Shown here: piece after piece, positions 31,601 to 40,727 of the stretch
Position numbering within the stretch: position 1 is the stretch's first letter
Layout of the letters: each line of letters starts with the position of its first letter
DNA from: Candidatus Latescibacterota bacterium
Lineage (GTDB): Bacteria > Latescibacterota > UBA2968
Reading direction: 5' to 3'
Assembly: GCA_965204375.1 (NCBI GenBank)
Contig: OZ241986.1
Coordinates: 5,792,001 to 5,856,000 of the forward strand
DNA: 64,000 nucleotides
The notes under the pieces: model-generated
What the model saw: the letters and a program-made list of their open reading frames with translations, nothing else
Told to the model about the DNA's origin: nothing
Databases searched by the model: none
Made by a program: the position numbers and the translations under genes

Positions 31601-32227
31601 GACGTGGCACACTCCGAGACAGAAGCCACCTATGCCTCTTTGTTTAAAGACCTTAAAAAGCGAGGTTTAAAAGGGGTGCAACTGGTCATCTCTGACCACC
31701 ACGAAGGCTTACAAAATGCCATCAAACGACACTTTCAGGGAGCCTCTTGGCAGCATTGTCAAACCCATTTTCACCGAAACATCAAAGGCATCACACCCCC
31801 CAAATACCAACGTGAGGTTGCCAAGGCACTCAAAGACGTTTTCAATGCACCCGATCACAATACCGCACAGCACCGCCTATCACAACTGATGGACACCTAT
31901 GAAGAGATACTGCCCAATGTTGTGGATAAAATAGACCGGGATATTATCCATTGTCTGGCCTGCTTCCACTTTCCTCAAAAGCATCAAAGACGCATCCGGA
32001 CGACCAACCTGTTGGAACGACTCAATCGAGAGATCAAAAGACGAGCTGATGTGGTACAGATCTTCCCCAATCAGGAGGCTTGTCAACGCCTGATCGGCGC
32101 GTTGTGTATGGAATGGTCTGAAGAGTGGGTCACTGGCAGACGCTATCTGGATATGAGGTACTTGAAATAAAATCTCTGACCCCTATTTCACGGGGCTTCC
32201 TTTTTACAGAACTTTTCGGACTTGACC
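31601..32227 (+). mobile_element. 5'-truncated IS256-family insertion sequence (transposase C-terminal half + right end)
   Basis: ORF 31604-32170 has LKKRGLKGVQLVISD.HEGL, WQHCQTHF.RN, RIRTTNLLERLNREIKRR and IFPN. The putative right terminal repeat TTTTTACAGAACTTTTCGGACTTGACC lies at 32201-32227. No N-terminal half or left end is seen. Confidence 0.88.
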
Positions 32228-32243
32228 TCTCACCACTGCATTT

Positions 32244-32657
32244 GTGAGTTGTACACAATTGCCTGTTCGTGAAGATATTATTTTCAGACAGGACATGGTG
32301 TCTTATAGAGGGGGAGGAGGAAGAGGTGGTGGGTCAAAGCCTTCAAGTTCCAACGCTGGACGGGTTGGACAGGTAGTTGGAACAGGTACCTATGAGGCTA
32401 ACGACGGAGGTATTACTCGAAGTACGGTGCAAACGATGGAAGCAGCTGTCTTGACAAATCCGTCTGGGCGAGATCCCAACGAGACAAATTGGTTGGTAGA
32501 GTTACAGGGTAATATTAATGATCTCGAACAAAGTTGGAATAATTTCGTAAGTGACGTACAAAATATACCCGATGCATTGGGAGATGCTGTAAGTGAAGGT
32601 TTAGAAGATGGCGTGAATTATATGATCACTGGCATGTCGCTTATGGGGCGGCGGTAG
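32244..32657 (+). CDS. Gly-rich small protein, possible double-glycine-leader exported precursor (5' end may be cut by the IS)
   Basis: LPVREDIIFRQDMVSYRGG|GGRGGG resembles a GG leader. It lies upstream of a C39-peptidase exporter and is followed by a terminator. Confidence 0.45.
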   Translation: MSCTQLPVREDIIFRQDMVSYRGGGGRGGGSKPSSSNAGRVGQVVGTGTYEANDGGITRSTVQTMEAAVLTNPSGRDPNETNWLVELQGNINDLEQSWNNFVSDVQNIPDALGDAVSEGLEDGVNYMITGMSLMGRR

Positions 32658-32757
32658 TGGTATTGCAGTGCCCTGCGGCCGCTACTCACTTTTGCACTCA
32701 GAGAACCTGGGAACGCCTGGGTGGTCTTCCATAGAATTGCATAGTCAATTCTTAATT

Positions 32758-32792
32758 GCCAGCCTGTCAGAGTAACGACAGGCTGGCGTTTT
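32758..32792 (+). terminator. Intrinsic terminator/attenuator
   Basis: Perfect 11-bp stem GCCAGCCTGTC / GACAGGCTGGC followed by GTTTT. Confidence 0.7.
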
Positions 32793-32816
32793 CGAGATTC
32801 ATGAGGTATGTAAAAA

Positions 32817-33800
32817 ATGAAAAAAATAAGACTTATAGCGATTTTGGCCATAGGTGTTCTGTTCTTTTTCAATTCCTTAAACATTTTCTCCGCTCCAGTA
32901 TCTGAGAATTCAGATTCTATCAGACAATTATTGACAAAACCATACCAGATCAAACAATTATTGAGCAACTCAGACCGGCTATTCAAGTCAGGCGACTATG
33001 ACGGAGCCATCAGTGGGTATAAAAAAGTGATTGCACTTGATTCCCTCAGCTTTCATGCGTGGTATAATCAAGGGAGGGCTTCTGTTGCTATTCAGAACGA
33101 TGAACAAGCACTTGCGTGTTTCACAAAAGCTGTAACAATTGACCCCGAAAACGTAGCGGCACTTAATGGAAGAGGTACTGCTTATTTTAATTTGCAACTC
33201 TATCAAAATGCCATCGAAGATTTTAAGAGGTGTATTGCATTAGATGGTCAATTCTATGGCGCACATTATATGTTAGGCCGTGTTTGGGGCCGCCTTGAGA
33301 ATTTCAAACAGGCTCTTATTAGCTATCAATTTGCCGCGAGAATAAATGCCGAACCACAAGAACTGTGGTACAATATTGGCTGGGTTCTTTCTTATCTGGG
33401 CAGATACAAAGATGCGATTGAGCAATTTGATAAAGCTATACATCTCAATCCTCTATATGAGAAATACGAGCCTGATGATATTTGGTTTGGAAAAGGCTAT
33501 GCGCTGCATGGATTAAAGCAATTTGCCGAAGCTGAAATCTGCTATATGAAAGTACTCGAATTAAATAAAAACCAGATCAATGAAAATCGAGCGGCATCGT
33601 ATTACAATTTGTCCTGCATTTATTCTCTCCAAAAATTATGGGAGCAGTCCTTTGCGTCGTTAAAGCAATCTTTGGAAATTGATCCAAACTATGCTTCAGA
33701 TGTTCAGAGCGATGAAGATTTGGAAGGTTTGGTCACCCACCCTATCTACAGCAGTAAAGTCAAAGATCTCGTTGCAAAACATTCTGAAATAAAAGAATAG
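32817..33800 (+). CDS. Exported TPR protein
   Basis: N-terminal hydrophobic segment, about 7 TPRs, and a C-terminal YYNLSCIYS...D.DL TPR end-cap. Confidence 0.85.
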   Translation: MKKIRLIAILAIGVLFFFNSLNIFSAPVSENSDSIRQLLTKPYQIKQLLSNSDRLFKSGDYDGAISGYKKVIALDSLSFHAWYNQGRASVAIQNDEQALACFTKAVTIDPENVAALNGRGTAYFNLQLYQNAIEDFKRCIALDGQFYGAHYMLGRVWGRLENFKQALISYQFAARINAEPQELWYNIGWVLSYLGRYKDAIEQFDKAIHLNPLYEKYEPDDIWFGKGYALHGLKQFAEAEICYMKVLELNKNQINENRAASYYNLSCIYSLQKLWEQSFASLKQSLEIDPNYASDVQSDEDLEGLVTHPIYSSKVKDLVAKHSEIKE

Positions 33801-33811
33801 GAAGTTAAAAT

Positions 33812-34501
33812 TTGGGTAAAGTAATTGATTATTTGATTTTTGCCGTGATGGCCGGGTTAGCCGTGAGTATGGGGTATAGTGCGTTTTACGAGCAATTTCT
33901 CATTTTAACGCCTGAGAGGCAAGTTTTTGTTACCCTATCTTACGCGGTTATTTATAGTGGGATCTATGTCGCAACGCGTCTTGTGACTAAAGATGAGCGT
34001 TTTGAAGGGATGATGCTTAAACCTAAAACAACATTGCAGAGGGCTGTTCAAGGCGGGGATCACATATTTTCTATCAAGACATTCTGCATAATGGTTCTGC
34101 TATCTGGTATCTGGCTAGATGGATCGTTAAGATATATTGATGAGTTTGATTGGGAGGGTGCTCCCTGGTTGCTATTTAGATTCCTTCTGGATAATTTAAT
34201 AGATTTGGGTATCTTTTGGGCATTTCTGTCTGTGTTTATCTATGTAATTTTTAAGTTCTTTCGAGATATCCAGTTTAGCATAATTTTCAGATTATGTGGA
34301 TATGTCTTTATTCATTTTATTTTTTTCTTTGTTTTAATTAATGCAACGCTTATTTGGCCTCAAGAGGGGTCTATTTTTTTAGCTGCTCTTACTTTATTGG
34401 TGCCCCTTGATCTTTGGCTACTTTTTATTTTACTGCAATTCATCTGGTCGTCAGTTTTGATATTGTGGAGTCTGTTTCAACCATTTAAGCGCATGGAATA
34501 A
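33812..34501 (+). CDS. Hypothetical multi-pass membrane protein
   Basis: About 6 hydrophobic segments; sits in the operon with tight spacing. Confidence 0.6.
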   Translation: MGKVIDYLIFAVMAGLAVSMGYSAFYEQFLILTPERQVFVTLSYAVIYSGIYVATRLVTKDERFEGMMLKPKTTLQRAVQGGDHIFSIKTFCIMVLLSGIWLDGSLRYIDEFDWEGAPWLLFRFLLDNLIDLGIFWAFLSVFIYVIFKFFRDIQFSIIFRLCGYVFIHFIFFFVLINATLIWPQEGSIFLAALTLLVPLDLWLLFILLQFIWSSVLILWSLFQPFKRME

Positions 34502-34503
34502 CA

Positions 34504-35091
34504 ATGGAACAATTATTTTTGATTATTTTGGTGCTCATCATTGTGGTGGGTCCCATCTATCTGATTTTCTATATTCGCCAGAAAAATCGGCGATGCCGAT
34601 ACTGTTTGGTTGGGACAAAGAAGGTGCCGGAGTTGCCAGAACAGGAGGAGATTAATCGTCTCATAGAAAATGAGAAGATGCCGGGAACACCAGGCCATTA
34701 TGAGTTATGTCCGAAGTGCAAAAGGCTATATGATTGGAGATGGTTTGACGATGAACGCGTACACAGACGGGACGGAGATATGCTCGATAGACAGTGCGCT
34801 TGTGGGTTCAATTTGAAATCCCTGTGGGGTATAAAGCCAGAGATTTCTAAAGAGGCATTGCGCGCGATTCCCCTGGAAACGCTCAATGCATTATATCAAA
34901 AGTATGGAAAATCAAGGTTGAATGAGAAGCTCTACGATCCTCTTGACGATGACAATATTCTTTTTTTGTGCTCACAATGCAGAAGGATTTATATGTGGCA
35001 GGCTGTAGATGGCTATCAAGTGCTACAGTGCATTTCTCAAGGTCATTCAAAATATGATCCAGATCCGTTTGTAAATCGTTCTGACTCTTGA
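34504..35091 (+). CDS. Membrane-anchored Cys-rich (zinc-ribbon-like) protein, paralog 1
   Basis: N-terminal TM. CRYC, CPKC, CxCG, CSQC and a final C. Confidence 0.65.
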   Translation: MEQLFLIILVLIIVVGPIYLIFYIRQKNRRCRYCLVGTKKVPELPEQEEINRLIENEKMPGTPGHYELCPKCKRLYDWRWFDDERVHRRDGDMLDRQCACGFNLKSLWGIKPEISKEALRAIPLETLNALYQKYGKSRLNEKLYDPLDDDNILFLCSQCRRIYMWQAVDGYQVLQCISQGHSKYDPDPFVNRSDS

Positions 35092-35137
35092 TTTGATGAT
35101 AAACAAAAATTGCGGATATTTGTTGATACCTTAAGGA

Positions 35138-35716
35138 TTGAGTGAAGTTATGGAATTTTATTGGATATTTTCAGGTGTTCTCATTCTGTGTTTTATATGG
35201 TTGTTCAAATTTCTGAGGAAGACGAGTAAAAGATGCTCTGTCTGCCGTGAGAGCGTTTTGTCCCTTGATACGCTTGAAGAGAGCCGACGTGACGCTATTG
35301 TGAATATTCTTGAGCAAGAGGGCGTCAGCTTACATCAATTAGAAATTTGTCCTAAATGCAACAGGATTTACGATGAAGGATGGCTGTTACAAGATTGGGA
35401 TATGAGTAACCGATATTGTGAATGTGGTGATGTTCTCGAAACACCCTATGATATAGATCCGCCGATTCTGAAAAAAATTATGACGGGCTTACCGCCTGAA
35501 ATTGTCCAATCTCTGGTCAAAGAAACAAGCCGAGAGGATGTCGCCAAGCTCCTCGGTGGATATCAAGATATTCTTTATCGACATGATAGACTTCCAGAAG
35601 GACACGCGCTACGCGTTTGTGACCGATGTTTCAGGGTCTATATGTGGGTACAAAAAGGCGATGTGCAGCTATTCAAATGTGTACATCGAAATGTTCAATT
35701 GAAGGAATCGCAATAA
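35138..35716 (+). CDS. Membrane-anchored Cys-rich (zinc-ribbon-like) protein, paralog 2
   Basis: N-terminal TM. CSVC, CPKC, CxCG, CDRC and a final C, with spacing similar to 34504-35091. Confidence 0.65.
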   Translation: MSEVMEFYWIFSGVLILCFIWLFKFLRKTSKRCSVCRESVLSLDTLEESRRDAIVNILEQEGVSLHQLEICPKCNRIYDEGWLLQDWDMSNRYCECGDVLETPYDIDPPILKKIMTGLPPEIVQSLVKETSREDVAKLLGGYQDILYRHDRLPEGHALRVCDRCFRVYMWVQKGDVQLFKCVHRNVQLKESQ

Positions 35717-35728
35717 CATCTCGCTTTT

Positions 35729-36298
35729 ATGAATCTCGATCAGGTAAATTGCCCTAATTTCAGATGGATAACGCAGGTCAAACTCAATGCGTGGGCAGTT
35801 GCCCTCATTTCTCTATGCGTCGCGGTCATTAGTGGGATTATGAGTGGGGCTTTAATGCTCCTGCTTCCGTACGGCGATCCAGAGATTCTTGTAGGAGATT
35901 TGAAGGTCTATATCATCCTTTTGCCTGTCCCCATCTTTCTGGTTCGAGATTTCTTGAAAATTATCGCGTTTTTGTTATTTGGCAATACGAGATTGAATCG
36001 CATCATATTTGCATATCCATTTGCGGGAAGTGGAATTTTTAGTCGCCCCAATCACCTGTTGCGTATCAATGCGTACAAATCTTGTTTAATTTTTTCCACC
36101 GTCATTACCGTTGTGATCGCATGCTTGAGTTTGTTGATATATCCATCCTTGTGGACGGTTTTTCTCGTGGGAATGACAATTGGATGGTCTGTTGGCGACG
36201 TATGGGTGCTTTATAGATTGAAAGATATGAAATCAGAATATTTCGTAAGGGTTTGGGCTTCTGAAATTGGTTGTGATATCTACCAGAAGCACAGATAA
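35729..36298 (+). CDS. DUF3267-like membrane protein (putative zincin fold, HExxH not retained)
   Basis: TM helices with the GWSVGD.W...RL motif. RDFLK occupies the position where HExxH would be expected. Confidence 0.45.
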   Translation: MNLDQVNCPNFRWITQVKLNAWAVALISLCVAVISGIMSGALMLLLPYGDPEILVGDLKVYIILLPVPIFLVRDFLKIIAFLLFGNTRLNRIIFAYPFAGSGIFSRPNHLLRINAYKSCLIFSTVITVVIACLSLLIYPSLWTVFLVGMTIGWSVGDVWVLYRLKDMKSEYFVRVWASEIGCDIYQKHR

Positions 36299-36305
36299 GA
36301 TTTCG

Positions 36306-38141
36306 ATGAATATAGATCAGATATTTCAAGAATTGGACATAAAAGGCGAATTGGTACCGGTTGACCTGGGAACGGTGGTTTTTAATCAGGGCCAACCTGG
36401 AGATCACCTGTATGTTGTCAAGTCAGGCCGTTTGCGGGTGTTAAAAGAAGAAGCTGAGGGACAGTCAGAAACCGTAGGGTATCTGTATGAAGGCGACCAT
36501 TTCGGTGAGGGTGCGCTGTTGACTGGCCAGGGGCATCGGGCGACGGTGCGAGCAGCCGAAGATTCCGAAGTGCTTCGCATCAAGTCAGAAGATTTTCAAA
36601 GAGCATTAAAGAATGATCCCGAACTCAAGGCGTATTTTGAAGATCAGGTTGCGCATGTTGCGTATTGGAATTTTACGCGGTTTTTGAAGGGTGGAAGCGA
36701 TCAGGTGTTCGCAGAGGCGATGCAGCACCTGTTCGGTAATCTAAAACGACAGGCGTATCAATCTGGTGAAACGGTGGTTAAACGTGGCGATGTGGGTAGC
36801 GGACTTTATCTGGTCGGTGGAGGCGAATTGGAGGCGGTTGGGCAGGATGGAGAAACAACAGTTCTGAAATCTGGCGATTTTTTTGGCGATCAGGCATTGA
36901 TAGATGGCATAGTGGAACCCTTTACGATAGGTGCCCGAGGTTCTTGTGTTCTGTTTCAATTAGGTAAAAGTGATTTTTATAAAGTTATAGGTTTAATTCC
37001 GGCGTTGAAATCGGGACTCGAAGCCGGGCGTTGTGTTCAGAAAGTGGAAGCAGAAGACAATGCGCCACAGGCGGAATCGACAAATGGGATTCCCGAAAAT
37101 GTGCATCTGCTTGATCAGGTGCCTGAAGTAGAATCGCAGGAGCGACGTCCGCCCCGATCTCTTCAATTTCCGTTTTTGAAACAGCATGATCAATCGGATT
37201 GTGGGGCGGCATGTTTGGGCATGGTCTGTAAGTATTACAAGATGCCCATTGGATTGAACAGGTTGCGCGATATGGCCAATGTGTCGCGGTATGGCACGTC
37301 AATGGCTGCGCTGGCTGAAGCGGCAGAGACATTGGGGTTTCTGACGCGGGGCGTGCGAACGGGATATGAGAAACTGATGCATACGGAACTGCCAGCCATT
37401 TTGCACTGGAAAGGCAATCATTTTGTGGTGTTGTTCAAAACCGCAAAAGACCAGGTGCGAATTGCCGATCCTGCAGTGGGAGTTCGCAAGTTATCTCGCA
37501 AGGAATTTGAGGCCGGGTGGACAGGCGTGGCTTTGCTCATAGAATACACGGATCAAGTCGCTGAAAATGAGCCTTCTCGCACGACTTTTCGCCGTTTTAT
37601 TCCGTATGTCAAACCGTATATCCGCAGTTTGTGTGAGATTTTTTTGGCCTCATTGGTGATGAGTCTTTTTGGTTTGGCGTCACCGCTTTTTACTCAGACC
37701 ATTGTGGATCAGGTGCTGGTGCATCACGATCGGGATTTGTTGAATTTGATGCTTGCAGGGATGATTGTCATCGCATTGTTCCAGATGCTTGTTTCAGCTC
37801 TGCGGACGTATCTTGTCACCTATATGAGTACGCGGTTGAGTATGACGCTGCTCTCTCGGTTTTACCAGCATTTGCTATCGTTGCCGATGCGGTTTTTCGC
37901 TTTGCGAAAGACGGGTGACTTGACAACGCGTTTTGGAGAAAATGCCACGATTCAAGCTTTGCTGACCGGCACGGTTGTCTCGCTCATTCTCGATGTGATC
38001 GTGCTGTTCGTTTATTTGAGCTTAATGATCTATTACCATCTCCAATTGACACTGGTGGTTCTGGCCTTTATACCGCTTTCCATCATTTTGACACTGGTCT
38101 ATACCCCCATTCTCAAATGGAATCGTGCTTTCGGGCGTTGA
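36306..38141 (+). pseudogene. Peptidase-containing ABC exporter (2x cNMP-binding + C39 + truncated TM domain)
   Basis: cNMP motifs FGEGALL...RATVRA. C39 motifs QHDQSDCGAAC, HW.GNHFVV, IADP. The TM domain stops abruptly at ILKWNR. Confidence 0.8.
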
Positions 38142-39927
38142 GGGGCGGATTGTATTTGAGAAGGTGTTTTTCCGATACGGCTCAGGGTCTGATGAGCCTT
38201 ATGTGTTGAGTGATATTAGTTTGAAGACAGAACCTGGGCAAAAGGTGGCCATTGTGGGGCGCAGCGGGGCGGGCAAAACAACGCTGGTGAAGTTGATTCC
38301 CCGATTTTTCGATCCCACGGAAGGGCGCGTGACCATAGATGGGATGGATGTGCGGGACTTTGATCCGAGCTGGTTGCGGCAGCAGGTCGGCATGATCTTG
38401 CAGGAGTCGGTGCTTTTCAGTGGTACTATCGCCGAGAATATCGCGTTAGGGCAGGAGGATGTGGATATGGATCGAATTCTGGAAGTGGCGCGGTTGGCGT
38501 GCGTACACGAATTTGTCGGTGATATGCCTTTGGGGTACGAGACGAAGGTGGGGGAACAGGGCATGGGGCTTTCGGGCGGACAGCAGCAGCGCATTGCGAT
38601 AGCCCGTGCGCTGTATCACGATCCAAAAATCCTGATTTTTGATGAGGCGACCAATGCTCTGGATACAGAGTCAGAGCAGGCGATTCAGGAGAATCTGGAG
38701 ATTATTTTGAAGGATCGGACAGCGTATGTGATCGCGCATCGGTTGAGTACGGTACAAAATGCCGAGGTGCCTCTGGGAAAGGTTAAAACCGTACAGGCAG
38801 CACGCGCTGGAGAGATTGAGCTTATTGGGATCAAGGCGGGAGACCGGGTTAAAAAGAAACAGGTTTTGTTCAAGTTGCGCTCGTGGGAAACCTGGCATGA
38901 ATTGCGTGAACTCGAGCAGGCGAAAATTGCGCTTCAGAAGGCGAAATACGATTTGGAAGTGGCATTGCCCCAGAAACGGGCGTTGACAACAGAGACGGTG
39001 GCAGCACTAAAAGAGCGGTTGCAACTATCACAGATGTTTGTTGCGACGCATCGGGATGTATTGGATGCGTATCAAACGGAGATGGGTGTGCAGAATGCGC
39101 GAAATGATAGCGGAAAAGATGCGGATTTGAAGGCGCGCATCAATTTGCGCCAGGCAGAAGTTGCACATATCAAAGCGCAGTATGAACGTCAAAAGGCGTT
39201 GTTTGATCGCAGTTTGATCAGCCAGGCAGATATGGAAAGGGCGCGGATGGCATATCTCAATGCGCTGGCGCAATTGCCTGGCCGGATGTCCGAAATTTAT
39301 CAGCAAGAAATGGCGGTTCAGGATATCAAGCGTCAGATTCTGGAAGCGCGATTATCGCAAGACCGCGAAGCATCTCAGGCAAAATACGCTTATGATTCTG
39401 CTCGCTTGCGCCTGCAACAGGCGCAACAGAAGGTGACACGCGCTCTGGATGCAGAATCGGATCTCATTCTGGCACCAGAAGCTGGAATCGTAACCCAGGT
39501 GCTGGTGAATACAGAAAGACAGGTGATCAGCAAGGGGCAATCGCTGGCTATGATCGCACCGGAAACCGCGCCGATAGTGGCCGAAGTGATGATTCTGAAC
39601 AAGGATGTGGGGTTGATGAAACCCGGTCAGGTTGTGCGATTGAAATATGACGCTTTTGCATTTCAGGATTACGGCATTAAAAGGGGCTGGCTATCAGAGA
39701 TTGCTCCAGATGCTGTTATGGATGAGATGCTGGGGCCTGTTTTCCGAGGGATTGTTGATCTTGAAGAGACCGCGATACGGGTCAAGGACGATGAAAAACC
39801 TCTGATGTTCGGCATGAAAGGCGTGGCCGAAGTGGTGACGGATCGGCAATCGGTTCTCATGTTGCTGCTCAGTCCTTTGCGCAAGCTCTACGAATCTGCA
39901 ACGTTTACAAATGGGGAGGAAACATAG
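38125..39927 (+). pseudogene. In-frame fusion of a truncated ABC ATPase domain and an N-terminally truncated HlyD membrane-fusion protein
   Basis: GRSGAGKT, LSGGQQQRIAIARAL, FDEAT and AHRLSTVQNA run directly into VPLGKVKTVQ...ILAPEAG...KYDAF.FQDYG...EIAPDA (HlyD). No HlyD TM anchor is present. Confidence 0.8.
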
Positions 39928-40713
39928 GTGTCTGCTTCTGAAGACCCTGTGATGGTTGTTGTAAACGAACAATCGGTTCACCTTTCAGATATGATTCGGT
40001 CGCTGTCTGTAGAGGGCAATTGGAAATTGTTAGAGCGTTTTGCCCGAAGACAGGTGATCATCCAGTGGGCTGATCGAGAAGGCATTGAACTGAGTCCTGA
40101 AGACCTGCAAAATGAGGTAGATGAGTGGCGCTATGAGAACCGATTGGAACGGGTAGAAGATACAGATGCGTGGCTTGACCAACACGGCCTCACGTTATTT
40201 GATGTGGTCGTAGAGGCTGAATTTCGGTTGTATGAACGCTGGTTGATGTCGCGGATTAAAGAGGATAAAATCCGGGCTTTTTTTGTTCAGCGTACCCTGA
40301 GTTTTGAGCGCGTGGAGGTGTGCTGGATTTCTGTGTCAGATGAGGGCGTGGCTGAAGAATTGTGTTTGCAAGTCGTGGAAGAAGGCGCGGATTTTTATAT
40401 TCTGGCGCGGCAGTATTCGCAAGATGAAGCCACGCGGTCTGCTGGCGGGTATCTTGGACGGCGGCGCAGGCGCGATTTGCCGCAAGGGGTCGCGCCTTTG
40501 ATTTTTGCCGCATCGGAAGGCGATGTTGTTGGTCCCGTGAAAGTTGAAAAGGGGTATGCGCTGTATTATGTGCAGAAACGATGTCCAGCAGTATTTGATG
40601 AGACCACTTGTGAAAAGATTCGAAAAAAACTGTTTGAGTCCTATTTACAGCGCGAAATGAAACGCGCTGAGATCACTTTTCCGTTTAATGTAAAAAGGCT
40701 GGCTCTGGAATGA
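39928..40713 (+). CDS. PpiC/parvulin-type peptidyl-prolyl isomerase-like protein associated with type I secretion
   Basis: FYILARQYSQD...AGGYLG...IFAA..GDVVGPV motifs; directly follows hlyD. Confidence 0.8.
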   Translation: MSASEDPVMVVVNEQSVHLSDMIRSLSVEGNWKLLERFARRQVIIQWADREGIELSPEDLQNEVDEWRYENRLERVEDTDAWLDQHGLTLFDVVVEAEFRLYERWLMSRIKEDKIRAFFVQRTLSFERVEVCWISVSDEGVAEELCLQVVEEGADFYILARQYSQDEATRSAGGYLGRRRRRDLPQGVAPLIFAASEGDVVGPVKVEKGYALYYVQKRCPAVFDETTCEKIRKKLFESYLQREMKRAEITFPFNVKRLALE

Positions 40714-40727
40714 TGAGTGGTTGCTTT

